Assembly: GCA_963823655.1 (NCBI GenBank)
Contig: CAWGMK010000006.1
Coordinates: 64,001 to 128,000 of the forward strand
Direction: 5' to 3'
Origin: an uncultured Bacillota bacterium
GTDB taxonomy: Bacteria; Bacillota; DTU025; MWDF01
Length of the DNA stretch: 64,000 nucleotides
Position 1 is the first letter of the stretch. Each line of letters begins with the position of its first letter. The notes beneath the pieces are model-generated. The model saw only the letters and a program-made list of their open reading frames with translations. It was not told the DNA's origin and searched no databases. Below are positions 1 through 9,306 of the stretch, one piece after another. Made by a program: the position numbers and the translations under genes.

Positions 1-778
1 TGAACCGCCTAAGCTCAGTCGATATCCACCCGATTATGTCGGCGAGGAACTGCTCTTTTGAGCTGAAGTGGTTGTAGAAGGTGCCCACTGAGGTTTCGGC
101 CATCCTTGCCACTTCCGCTACGCCCACCGCCGAGAAATCGCTCCTGCCCAAAAGCTCCTTGCCGGCTTTTAAAAGCTTCATACGCGTCGTCTGTTCCATT
201 TCCACCGCCGGGGGCAATATCCGCCTGGGCAGGAATTTGTCGGGCTCCCTTGCAATCTGGCCGGGGAAGAGGCCCCCTGCGACGATCTCCCTCAAAGTGT
301 CTACGTCGGCTCCCGTGCCGTCGAAGGCGTGCCTGATGTTCACAAACCTTAGGCCAGAGAGTATGTAAGTGTACTCATCCTCGGTTACAGGCCTTTGGAA
401 GACCTCTCCCAGGTGCCTCTTGTAGACCACATGCAGCTTGCGCTCATAATCTATGTATCTGTACTGGCCCTGCCTGAAGGCCTTGATCAGATGCCTGTTG
501 GATACCGTAATGTCGCGAAGGTCGGAAATGTAATTGTGGATGCGCTCCAAAAGGTCCTTTGTGCCGTTGAGCCTGGGGGAGCCGCCGACTATTTCAATTG
601 TGCGGTCCATGAGGCTGAGGAATATCTCCTCTTTATGATTGAAGTAATGGTAGGCTATGCCGTTCGAGACACCTGCCTTACGGCAGATGTCGGCCACAGA
701 GACGGTGGAGTACCACTTCTCGCTGAAAAGCCGCTCGGCGGCGTCCAATATCCTGGCCCTGGCATCCCCTCTTGGCAT
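1..778 (-). CDS. Tandem (double-HTH) TetR/AcrR family regulator, runs off the left edge
   Basis: Not in the ORF track because no stop lies in the window. ATG at 778 after GGTAGGTG. Translates as MPRGDARARILDAAERLFSEKWYSTVSVADICRKAGVSNGIAYHYF (TetR HTH), with a second in-frame HTH KLLKAGKELLGRSDFSAVGVAEVARMAETSVGTFYNHFSSKEQFL near 60-180. Confidence 0.88.
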   Translation of the reverse strand, partial: MPRGDARARILDAAERLFSEKWYSTVSVADICRKAGVSNGIAYHYFNHKEEIFLSLMDRTIEIVGGSPRLNGTKDLLERIHNYISDLRDITVSNRHLIKAFRQGQYRYIDYERKLHVVYKRHLGEVFQRPVTEDEYTYILSGLRFVNIRHAFDGTGADVDTLREIVAGGLFPGQIAREPDKFLPRRILPPAVEMEQTTRMKLLKAGKELLGRSDFSAVGVAEVARMAETSVGTFYNHFSSKEQFLADIIGWISTELRRF

Positions 779-793
779 ATGCACCTACCTATT

Positions 794-955
794 TGAGAAC
801 CTATTCACTTCTAATTGATTTTACACTGGGTGATAGATTCCTGCTTATAGTGTACAATAAAAATATGCCGAGTTTCGGCTAAAAATTGCATCCGCAAAGA
901 AGGATATTGCCAAATCCCGCTGAATCAGATAATAGTAAATTGAGAGTCAATTCAC
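794..955. promoter_or_regulatory. Two candidate TetR operators (TGAGA-N4-ATTCAC) in the divergent intergenic region
   Basis: TGAGAACCTATTCAC at 794-808 and TGAGAGTCAATTCAC at 941-955; the second overlaps the palindrome AATTGA-GAG-TCAATT. Each lies just upstream of one divergent gene. Confidence 0.55.
901..925 (+). promoter_or_regulatory. sigmaH-like promoter
   Basis: AGGA(901-904)-N17-GAAT(922-925); the same motif recurs upstream of five other genes. Confidence 0.6.
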
Positions 956-974
956 CGGCATCATAACGCAAGGA

Positions 975-1994
975 GTGGGATATTTGAACATAGGTATGAT
1001 GGGATATGGGCTTTACGTGCCCGAATCGCGAATGAGCGCGGCGGAGATCGCGAAAGCGACCAATATTCCTGAGAACGTTATAGCCTTGAAATTTGGAATT
1101 ATGCAGAAGCCGGTCCCCGGACCTGAGGACACAACATCCTACATGGGCCTCATGGCCGCAAAAAGGGCGATAGAGAACGCAGGGATAGACCCCAAAGAGA
1201 TAGACCTGGTTATCTGGTTCGGCGCACAGCACAAGGACTACCCCTGCTGGCTGGCGAGCCTTAAGATTGCAAACGACCTGGGCGCTGAGAACGCATGGGG
1301 CTTCGACATGGAGGCGATGTGCGGCTCATTCATGGTTGCGCTTGAGACCGCAAGGGGCCTGATGTTGTCGAGCGAATCCAACAAGACGGTGCTGCTCGTC
1401 TCAGGCTACAGGAACGCGGACCTGATTAACCTAAGCATTCCCGAGACCACTTTCATGGCGGACCTTGCGGCGGGTGGCGCCGCTGCGGTCCTAAGGCGCG
1501 GATACGACAGGAATGTGCTGCTTGGCACCGCATTCAAGGGCGACGGATCTTTCTCCGAGCTTTGCGTAGTGCCCGTTCTAGGGTCCAAGAAATGGCCGCC
1601 TGAGCCGGGCGACGACCAGAAGGCCTATTTCAGGATAGACGACCCCGAGGAGTTCAAAAGGAAGCTCGGGGAGAAGACGATGCCCAATTTCTACTGGGTA
1701 GTAAGGGAGGCCCTTAAGCGCTCAGGCGGGCTCACCGAGAAGGATGTCGACTACCTGTCGATACTGCACTTCAAGAAAAGTGCCCATGACGCGGTCCTGG
1801 CCGAGCTGGGCTTAACACAGGATCAGACCACATACCTGGGCGATTACGGCCATATGGGTCAGAACGACCAGCTGCTTTCGCTGGATCTGGGCTTAAAGGA
1901 CGGCAAGATTAAAGACGGCGACATAATCAGCATGGTAGGCGCAGGCCTCGGCTTCGTCTGGGCGTCCGCCGTTATGAAGTGGGGCAAGGCCTGA
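975..1994 (+). CDS. fabH: 3-oxoacyl-ACP synthase III (FabH)-like thiolase-fold enzyme
   Basis: GYGLYVPE N-terminus, catalytic Cys in EAMCGSF, His in ILHFKK, C-terminal GAGLGFVWASA. YGHMGQND replaces the canonical GNTSAAS. Confidence 0.85.
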   Translation: MGYLNIGMMGYGLYVPESRMSAAEIAKATNIPENVIALKFGIMQKPVPGPEDTTSYMGLMAAKRAIENAGIDPKEIDLVIWFGAQHKDYPCWLASLKIANDLGAENAWGFDMEAMCGSFMVALETARGLMLSSESNKTVLLVSGYRNADLINLSIPETTFMADLAAGGAAAVLRRGYDRNVLLGTAFKGDGSFSELCVVPVLGSKKWPPEPGDDQKAYFRIDDPEEFKRKLGEKTMPNFYWVVREALKRSGGLTEKDVDYLSILHFKKSAHDAVLAELGLTQDQTTYLGDYGHMGQNDQLLSLDLGLKDGKIKDGDIISMVGAGLGFVWASAVMKWGKA

Positions 1995-2040
1995 TAAGGC
2001 AGATAGATTTCAATACTTTCCATTAGAAGGGGTGATTTAT

Positions 2041-2779
2041 ATGAAAATGTCCGGAAAAATCTGCGTCGTCACCGGCGGCGGCAGCGGCATCGGAAAGGCG
2101 ATCGTCGAGAAGTTCCTGGAATACGGCGCGGAGCTAGTCTACGCTGTTGACTTGAACCCGAAAGCCCTCTGCGGAGCTTGAGGCTGCGCACAAGAACGTC
2201 AGGGGGGCAGTCGTTAGCGTAACCGACACTTCAGCCGTAAACGCGTTCGCGCTGAAGGTAAAAGAGGAGAAGGGCAGAATAGATGTACTGGTAAACTGCG
2301 CCGGCGTTACCAAGGACGCCCTCATTCAGAAGATGACGGATGAGGACTGGCAGTTCGTAATCGACGTCAACCTCAAAGGCCCCTTCGTCATGACCAGGGC
2401 GATAGGCCCCATCATGATGGAGACGGGCAAGGGTTCCATCGTTACCATATCCTCTGTCGTCGGTCTGGACGGCAATATCGGCCAGTCCAACTACGCGGCC
2501 ACAAAGGGCGGCGTAATATCGATGACCAAGACATGGGCGAGGGAGTTTACGAGAAAAGGCGCCAATGTGCGCGCAAACGCCGTGGCTCCCGGCTTCATCA
2601 ACACCCCCATGATGGCGACAGTTCCGGACAAAGTGCTGGACCCCATCAAGGAGAAGACCTACTTCAAGAGGCTGGGTGAGCCCAGCGAGATCGCTGAAGT
2701 GGTAGCATTCCTGGCGAGCGACGAGGCCAGCTTCGTGACCGGCCAGGTCATCAGGGCATCGGGCGGTTTGGTAGTCTAG
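2041..2779 (+). CDS. fabG: 3-oxoacyl-ACP/acetoacetyl-CoA reductase (SDR), one frameshift near 2170
   Basis: ATG at 2041 gives MKMSGKICVVTGGGSGIG; continues in the shifted frame through VLVNCAGVTKD and NIGQSNYAATKGG (YxxxK) to 2779. Confidence 0.85.
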
Positions 2780-2861
2780 GATATAATAGAACATGTATAG
2801 ATAGAAGTAAGTCCAAATATCCAGCGACCGGTTAGATGAACAAACAAACAGGAGGGGTAAA

Positions 2862-4040
2862 ATGAAGAAGATTCTAGTACTCGCTTTGACCGTGGCTCTT
2901 CTTATGACAGGCACAGTCCTCGCCGCCGACCCGGGCGTCACCAGCAAGGAAGTGCTCATCGGAAGCTTCATCGCAATGTCCGGCCCGTATGCCGCAATCG
3001 GCGTTCCTTACTCCAACGGCATTAAGGCGTACTTCAACTGGGTTAACAAGAACGGCGGAGTCAACGGCCGCCAGATCAAGTTCATCATCGAAGATGACCA
3101 GCTCAACCCGGCCAACACGACAGTCGCCGTGAAGAAGCTCGTCGAGCAGGACAAAGTATTCGCACTAGTCGGCGGCCTCGGCACCCCCGGCGTCGTAGCC
3201 ACTTACAAGTACCTTGAGACCAACAAGGTTCCCCACATCTACCAGGGCGCCGGCACCGGCCTCATCGCCATCCCGCCGAACAAGTACATATTCCCCGTAC
3301 AGCCCAACTACACAACCGAGGGCGTCCTCATGGTCAAGTATCTGGCCGAAGTCAAGAAGGCCAAGACGATAGCAGTCATCTACAGAAACCTCGACGACGG
3401 CAAGGAGCTTGCAGCGGCGGTCAAGTCAGAAGCCGCAAAGCGCGGCCTCAAAGTAGTCGCTGACATCCCCGTGGAAGCGACCGCCTCCGACATGTCGGCG
3501 CAGATCCTGCAGCTGACAGCCGCAAACCCGGACGCAATTGCAATCGGCCTCTTCAATCCCCAGAGCGCGTCATTCCTCAAGCAGGCAAGGGGAGACTTCA
3601 AGCTCACAAAGCCCACATACCTCATGACCTACTCCAATGCTGACCTGACAGTCGCAGCAGGAGCAGCCGGAAACGCAGTCGGCGTTGAGGCCATGGCATG
3701 GGTTAGCGTGGACTTCACCAACACGAACCTGCCCATATTCAAGGTATATCAGCAGACATTCCCCGGCCAGCTGCCCAACGCCTTCGGCGTGGCGGGCCTG
3801 ACCGCGGCTGAGATCTTCGTGGAAGGCCTCAAGAGGGCCGGCACCAACCTCACCCGTGAGGGCCTGGTGAAGGCCATGGAATCCTTCGAGAACTTCTCAG
3901 GCATGGTAGCCTCCGACATCACCTACGCCCCGTGGAGCCTCAGCGACTGGACATGCCGCCTTGGCAAGCAGTCGATGTACGTGCTCAAGTTCACAAAGGA
4001 CAACATCGAAGTCGCGAGCGACTGGATCTACTTGAAGTAA
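2862..4040 (+). CDS. ABC transporter substrate-binding protein (LivK/PBP1 family)
   Basis: Signal peptide, PGVT..EVLIGS and GGVNGRQIKFIIEDD motifs; followed by a GC-rich hairpin at about 4058-4087. Confidence 0.9.
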   Translation: MKKILVLALTVALLMTGTVLAADPGVTSKEVLIGSFIAMSGPYAAIGVPYSNGIKAYFNWVNKNGGVNGRQIKFIIEDDQLNPANTTVAVKKLVEQDKVFALVGGLGTPGVVATYKYLETNKVPHIYQGAGTGLIAIPPNKYIFPVQPNYTTEGVLMVKYLAEVKKAKTIAVIYRNLDDGKELAAAVKSEAAKRGLKVVADIPVEATASDMSAQILQLTAANPDAIAIGLFNPQSASFLKQARGDFKLTKPTYLMTYSNADLTVAAGAAGNAVGVEAMAWVSVDFTNTNLPIFKVYQQTFPGQLPNAFGVAGLTAAEIFVEGLKRAGTNLTREGLVKAMESFENFSGMVASDITYAPWSLSDWTCRLGKQSMYVLKFTKDNIEVASDWIYLK

Positions 4041-4112
4041 CTTATCAGTACACTGCGGGCCGCGGGTTCTTCTTTGAATCCGCGGCCTTACTTCCAAATA
4101 AGGAGCATAAAC

Positions 4113-4883
4113 ATGCTTGAGACTCGCAACGTGACGGTCCGCTTCGGCGGGCTTACCGCAGTCAAGGACATGAGCATGAAAGTCCAGCCGGGCACCATAC
4201 ATTCGCTCATAGGGCCAAACGGCGCGGGAAAGACCACGCTTTTCAACGTTATCTCCCGCATTATCGAGCCCACATCGGGCGAAGTGCTCTTCAACGGCGA
4301 GAGCCTCAACGGGCTCAGCTCGGACAAGGTCATTTACAAGGGCATAAGCCGCACTTTCCAGAACCTGCAGCTCTTCCGCAACACTACCGTGTACGAGAAC
4401 ATATACTCCGGCCTGGTTCACGAGTACAAGGGCAGGGAGCTGCCTTTCGTGCCTGGGGCGGGAAAACGCTTCATGGACGAGACTCGCGACAGGGTGCTGG
4501 AAGTAGCGGAGATGCTGGGCATCAAAGACAGGCTGGGATCGTTCCCCGCGTCTTTGCCATACGGGATACTAAAGCGGGTGGAGCTTGCAAGGGCGCTGGT
4601 CTCGAAGCCCAAGATGCTGCTACTGGACGAACCGGCGGCCGGGCTCAACAACGATGAGACCAAAGAGATCGACGAGGTATTCCAGAAGGTGAACGCCTCA
4701 GGCGTCACTATGCTGCTCGTCGAGCACGATATGAACATGGTCATGAAAGTATCGCACATGATTACGGTGATGAACTTCGGCGAGAAGGTGGCCGAAGGCA
4801 CGCCCAAGCAGATCGCATCGAACCCCAAGGTCATTGAGGTGTACCTTGGAAAATCGGACCTGGGGGTGAAGAACGGTGCTTAA
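4113..4883 (+). CDS. livG: Branched-chain amino acid-type ABC ATPase
   Basis: FGGLTAV, GPNGAGKTT, LLLDEPAAGL, VIEVYLG; AGGAG RBS before the ATG at 4113. Confidence 0.9.
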   Translation: MLETRNVTVRFGGLTAVKDMSMKVQPGTIHSLIGPNGAGKTTLFNVISRIIEPTSGEVLFNGESLNGLSSDKVIYKGISRTFQNLQLFRNTTVYENIYSGLVHEYKGRELPFVPGAGKRFMDETRDRVLEVAEMLGIKDRLGSFPASLPYGILKRVELARALVSKPKMLLLDEPAAGLNNDETKEIDEVFQKVNASGVTMLLVEHDMNMVMKVSHMITVMNFGEKVAEGTPKQIASNPKVIEVYLGKSDLGVKNGA

Positions 4884-5571
4884 AGTAGAGAATTTCGCGG
4901 TCAGCTACGGCCATGTGAAGGCGGTCAAGGGAATCAGCTTCGAGGTGGCAAAAGGCGAGATCGTTACGATAATCGGGGCCAACGGGGCCGGCAAGTCGTC
5001 CACGGTGATGGGGCTTGCGGGCATTGTGGAGTCCTCGGGCTCTGTCGAGTTCGACGGGGAGGACATTTCGAGGAACACCAATTACAACAGGGTAGCAAAG
5101 GGCCTTGTGCTGTGTCCGGAGGGAAGGCACATCTTCCCTGAGCTTACTGTGGACGAGAACCTGAAGATGGGCGCCTACAGGCGTGGGGCCTTCCAGAAGA
5201 GCATCGGCCTTGTGCACGACCTCTTCCCGGTGCTCAAGGACAGGAAGAACCAGGTGTCGGGCTATCTGTCGGGAGGAGAGCAGCAGATGCTCGCCATCGG
5301 CAGGTCGCTGATGAGCGACCCGAAGCTTCTGATGCTGGACGAACCGTCGTTAGGGCTTGCTCCAATCTTAGTTGACCAGGTGTTCGAATCGCTTGACAGG
5401 CTGAGGAAAGAGCAGGGCCTGTCGATACTCCTAATCGAGCAGAACGCATTCAAGGCGCTTGGCATATCGCAGAGGGCATACATAATGGAGACAGGCAAGA
5501 TCGTGCTTGAGGGCAAATCGGAGGACCTCTTGAAGTCTGAGGACGTCAAGAAGGCCTACCTTGGGATATAG
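4876..5571 (+). CDS. livF: Branched-chain amino acid-type ABC ATPase
   Basis: GANGAGKSS, LSGGEQQMLAIGR, MLDEPSLGLAP. Confidence 0.92.
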   Translation: MLKVENFAVSYGHVKAVKGISFEVAKGEIVTIIGANGAGKSSTVMGLAGIVESSGSVEFDGEDISRNTNYNRVAKGLVLCPEGRHIFPELTVDENLKMGAYRRGAFQKSIGLVHDLFPVLKDRKNQVSGYLSGGEQQMLAIGRSLMSDPKLLMLDEPSLGLAPILVDQVFESLDRLRKEQGLSILLIEQNAFKALGISQRAYIMETGKIVLEGKSEDLLKSEDVKKAYLGI

Positions 5572-5582
5572 GGGGTGATGGC

Positions 5583-6515
5583 ATGAGTTTGGGTATAAAG
5601 TTGTTGCAAGCCATCCTCTTCGGCCTGTCTAAGGGCTCCTTGTACGGCCTTATGGGCCTCGGGATATCGCTCATCTTCAGGACAGTTGACGTGATGAACT
5701 TCGCGCATGGCAACACCGGCATGTTCGCGACATTCGTGGGACTCTCGGTATACCTGCTGACCGGGAATATCGTGCTCACATTGCTGTCGGGCGCCGCGGC
5801 AGGGCTGATCCTGGGAGTGCTTGTGGACAGGCTCCTCATGAAGAGGGTGAAAGGCCTTTCGCACAGCTCCATGCTGATAATCACGCTGGGGCTCATGATG
5901 ATAGTAGAAGCGCTCGCCTTCGTAATCTGGGGCACTGAGCCCCTGATATTCCCCAAGGTCATCGACATGGCTCCGATGATACTTAGATTGGGCAACGGGA
6001 TACTGATCCTGCCTGCCAACGACATCGCGGCATCGATCATCGCGCTGGGCGTATCGCTGGGGCTTGCCGTCTTCTTCAAGTACACGAGGTTCGGAACGGC
6101 AGTCAGGGCCAAGGCGCAGGATGTAGTCGGGGCGCAGGCAGTCGGCGTGAACACCAAGAGCGTGGACTCGGCCGCGTGGGGCATAGGTATTGCGCTTGCT
6201 GCGTTGGTCGGCATGCTCATCGCCTACAAGTCGTCCGTGACACCGTCAATGATGGTGGAAATGCAGATATATGGCCTGACGGCAGCGGTCCTGGGCGGCT
6301 TCTCGAGCCTGTTCGGGGCGATTGTGGGCGGCATCATGCTGGGCCTTATACAGGATATCGTGGTCGCGCTGATGGCGGCAGGCTTTACGGCGCTCAACAT
6401 AACGGGGGCAAATCCGGTGGATTACCAGTTCTCGATAATTCTTATCATCATCATCGTCATGCTGGCGGTGAAGCCCGATGGGCTCTTCGCCTCCAGGTTC
6501 AAGGGGAAGGTGTGA
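5583..6515 (+). CDS. livH: Branched-chain amino acid-type ABC permease
   Basis: GL..GSLYGLMGLGISLIF, VMNFAHG, TRFGTAVRA. Confidence 0.9.
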   Translation: MSLGIKLLQAILFGLSKGSLYGLMGLGISLIFRTVDVMNFAHGNTGMFATFVGLSVYLLTGNIVLTLLSGAAAGLILGVLVDRLLMKRVKGLSHSSMLIITLGLMMIVEALAFVIWGTEPLIFPKVIDMAPMILRLGNGILILPANDIAASIIALGVSLGLAVFFKYTRFGTAVRAKAQDVVGAQAVGVNTKSVDSAAWGIGIALAALVGMLIAYKSSVTPSMMVEMQIYGLTAAVLGGFSSLFGAIVGGIMLGLIQDIVVALMAAGFTALNITGANPVDYQFSIILIIIIVMLAVKPDGLFASRFKGKV

Positions 6516-6522
6516 ACCTAGG

Positions 6523-8251
6523 ATGAAGAAGAGCTTAAGAAGGTACATATTTATTGCGATTGCGGCGGGCGCCGTCTTCGGGCTGCTGTTCTCCTCCCAA
6601 TCCTATATGCTCATGATATTCTCAAGGCTATCTGATCTTCGCAATAGCCGCCATCGGCCTGAACATACTGGCCGGCATGGCGGGGCAGATATCGATCGGG
6701 CACGCGGCCTTCATGGCCATCGGCGCTTATACTACGGCTTTTCTGTCTCAGAGGTTCAACCTGCCGTTTCTTGTGAATCTGCTGCCTGTAGTTCTCCTGG
6801 CCGCCTTCTTCGGCTATATTATCGGGCTGCCCGCTCTGAGGATGAAGGGGTTCTACCTGGCGATAGCCACTATGGCATTCGGGGTAGTGATCGAGCAGCT
6901 GATAGCCGGGCAGTCATGGCTGGGAGCCCACACCGGAATGAGGGAGATAGTCCCATTCTTCAAGGGCGAGCTTTTGAACTACGGCGTTAACTTCATCTTC
7001 TTCCTGCTCCTGTCGGTCGCGGCATTCGCCTTGATCGATTCTCCTATGGGGACGAAGTACCGCATGGTGCGCGATTTTGAGGTCGCTGCCAAGTCCTACG
7101 GCATCAACGTCGCGAAGGTCAAACTGCATGCATTTATGGTAAGCGCTGTCTATGGAGGCATTGCTGGCGCGCTGTACGCCCACACCGTAGGCTTCATAAT
7201 ACCGTCAAGCTTCGGCATTGCGATATCCGTCAACCTGCTCGCCGCGATAATGATAGGAGGCATAGGCTTCGTCCAGGGCTCGCTCTACGGCGTTGTCCTG
7301 ATATTCGGCCTTCCCTATTTCATGTCACGCGGCTTCGGGCAGTGGCTGACTATGATCATAGGGATTATGCTGATCGTCTTCGTGATGTTCTTCCCCAAAG
7401 GAGTCTCCTACGGGCTTACCATGCTGTGGCACAGATGGCTGCAGCGGCCTATCGTCGAGGCGAGAAGGAGGTTGTTCAAGGGAATGACTAAAGATTCCAA
7501 GTTCATAGTCGTCAACGGCAAGAGGCTCCACTACATCGAGCACGGTGAGGGCGAGCCGGTGATCATGATACACGGCAATACAGGGTGCAACGCCTGGTTC
7601 GAGGACGTGCTCGACATAAAAGGACTCAGATGCATCGCACCCGACCTTCCCAACTGCGGTCTTTCCGACAGGCTGGACACCGCAGGGATGGATACGTATG
7701 CGGACTATATGCTCGGCTTCATGGACGGGCTAGGCATAAAGAAGGCCGTCCTGGTGGCCCATTCGCTGGGAGGAGCTGTGGCAATTTCCATGGCGGCAAG
7801 GCATCCGGAGAGGGTGGAGAAGCTCATGCTTATCGACCCCTGCCCGGTATCAGGCCTTGTGACGCCGGAGGAGCATTATCCTGTCATCGAGCTTTACAAG
7901 ACTTCAAGGGACATGATGAAGATGGCGCTCGGGGCGATGACACCGGGCATGAAGGACGATGCTAAGCTGGACAAGCTTGTGGACGGGGCATTCAGGATGA
8001 ACCTGATGTGCTTCGTGGAGCATGCGCGGGAGCTTTCCAAGTTCAACTACTCAGGCAAGTTGGCCGGTTTCAAGGGTCCGGTAAGCTTAATCATCGGCAG
8101 GAAAGACACGCTAATCACCGAGGAGATGGCGAGGAGGTCGGCGGCGGAGTTCGCAGACGCCAAAGTCGAGGTCATAGAGGGCATAGGACATTCCCTTATG
8201 GTCGAGGATCCGGCCACCTTCGTGAAGAAGGTCGCCGAGTTCAGCAAGTAG
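6523..8251 (+). CDS. livM: LivM permease fused to a C-terminal alpha/beta-hydrolase; frameshift near 6630
   Basis: GLNILAGMAGQISIGHAAF and GFYLAIAT permease motifs, then in the same ORF HGNT, APDLPNCGLS, AHSLGG (nucleophile elbow) and GIGH. Confidence 0.82.
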
Positions 8252-8265
8252 TGACAGGTCAGTTC

Positions 8266-8309
8266 AAGTCGAGGCGGTGCCCCTTTGCAGGGCTCCGCCT
8301 CGACTTTTT
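8266..8309 (+). terminator. Intrinsic terminator
   Basis: AAGTCGAGGCGG...CCGCCTCGACTT stem followed by a T-tract. Confidence 0.75.
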
Positions 8310-8323
8310 GGGAGCTTAGGGAT

Positions 8324-9194
8324 ATGAGCAAGTCCAGCAAGGCGTGCGCGTTCTGCCTGATAATCGCAATAGCCCTTCTTGCCTTGGTTACCGTGCCCCT
8401 CCAAGGAGCGGTTCCATGGAATCAGGGCTATGTTGAGCTTATGTCGGGCAGGATGCACTACTGGTTTGCGGGAGAAGGGGAAACTATTCTGCTTCTGCAC
8501 GGTAATACTGCGTCAGGCAGATGGTTCACCGAGCTTTCACCGCCTGCCGGCTACAAGCTGGTGGCGCCCGACATGCCCGGCTTCGGCAGGTCTTGGAGGC
8601 CCGGGATCTTCGACATCGGCTACTATGCGGATACAGTGCTGGCCTTCATGGACAAGCTGGGGATAGAAAAGGCGCACCTGCTGCTGGGGCACTCCTTGGG
8701 CGGGCTGGTCGCGGCCTCCATGGCCTCCTCAAAGCCGGAAAGGTTCGATCTGCTCATGCTCTCCAACGTACCTTACCTGGGCAAATCCCAGATAGACGAG
8801 AGCTACTTCGAAAGGGCGGGCAGGTATTCGACCGAGGACTACCTACTAAGGGCGGCGCTCAAGAACACCGCGCCTACGCTTCGCAATGAGGGCCTGCTGG
8901 CAATGATGTTCGATGAGGCAAGGCTCATGGATCCTCTCGGCTTCACCGGAAACCCCAGGCTATTGACAACGACGGACCAGCAGGGGAAATTGGTTGCATT
9001 CAAGGGAAACATTCTTTTCGTTGGTTGCTCTCTGGACGCGACCATACCGCCTGCGGTGGTAAGGTATAATGCGATGATCACCCAAGGGTCGCAATATATC
9101 GAGCTTGAGGGGATAGGACATGCGCCCATGCTTGAGGCTCCGGGCCAATTACATGGAAACCATAGTGGCTTTCTTAAAGGGGGCGGCCAAATAG
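8324..9194 (+). CDS. Exported alpha/beta-hydrolase, paralogous to the LivM-fused domain; probable frameshift near 9146
   Basis: Signal or TM segment, LHGNTASGRWF, APDMPGFGRS, GHSLGG, GIGHAPMLEAP. A plausible end (NYMETIVAFLKGAAK*) lies in a shifted frame. Confidence 0.8.
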
Positions 9195-9306
9195 CCGGAC
9201 TTAGGAATGCCGCAAGAATTTAGAAAATATCGGGGAAATGAAACCGAGGTCTATACCGAGGCGTTTTAACTAATGTATGCTTTATCGATAGGATTGGACG
9301 AAAGGT

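Noticed and set aside
395-796. 133-aa + strand ORF (and 81-368)
   Set aside because: Antisense shadow of the minus-strand tandem TetR gene.
2179-2181. TGA in fabG as possible selenocysteine
   Set aside because: Homology continues in a different frame, so this is a frameshift rather than read-through; no SECIS-like hairpin seen.
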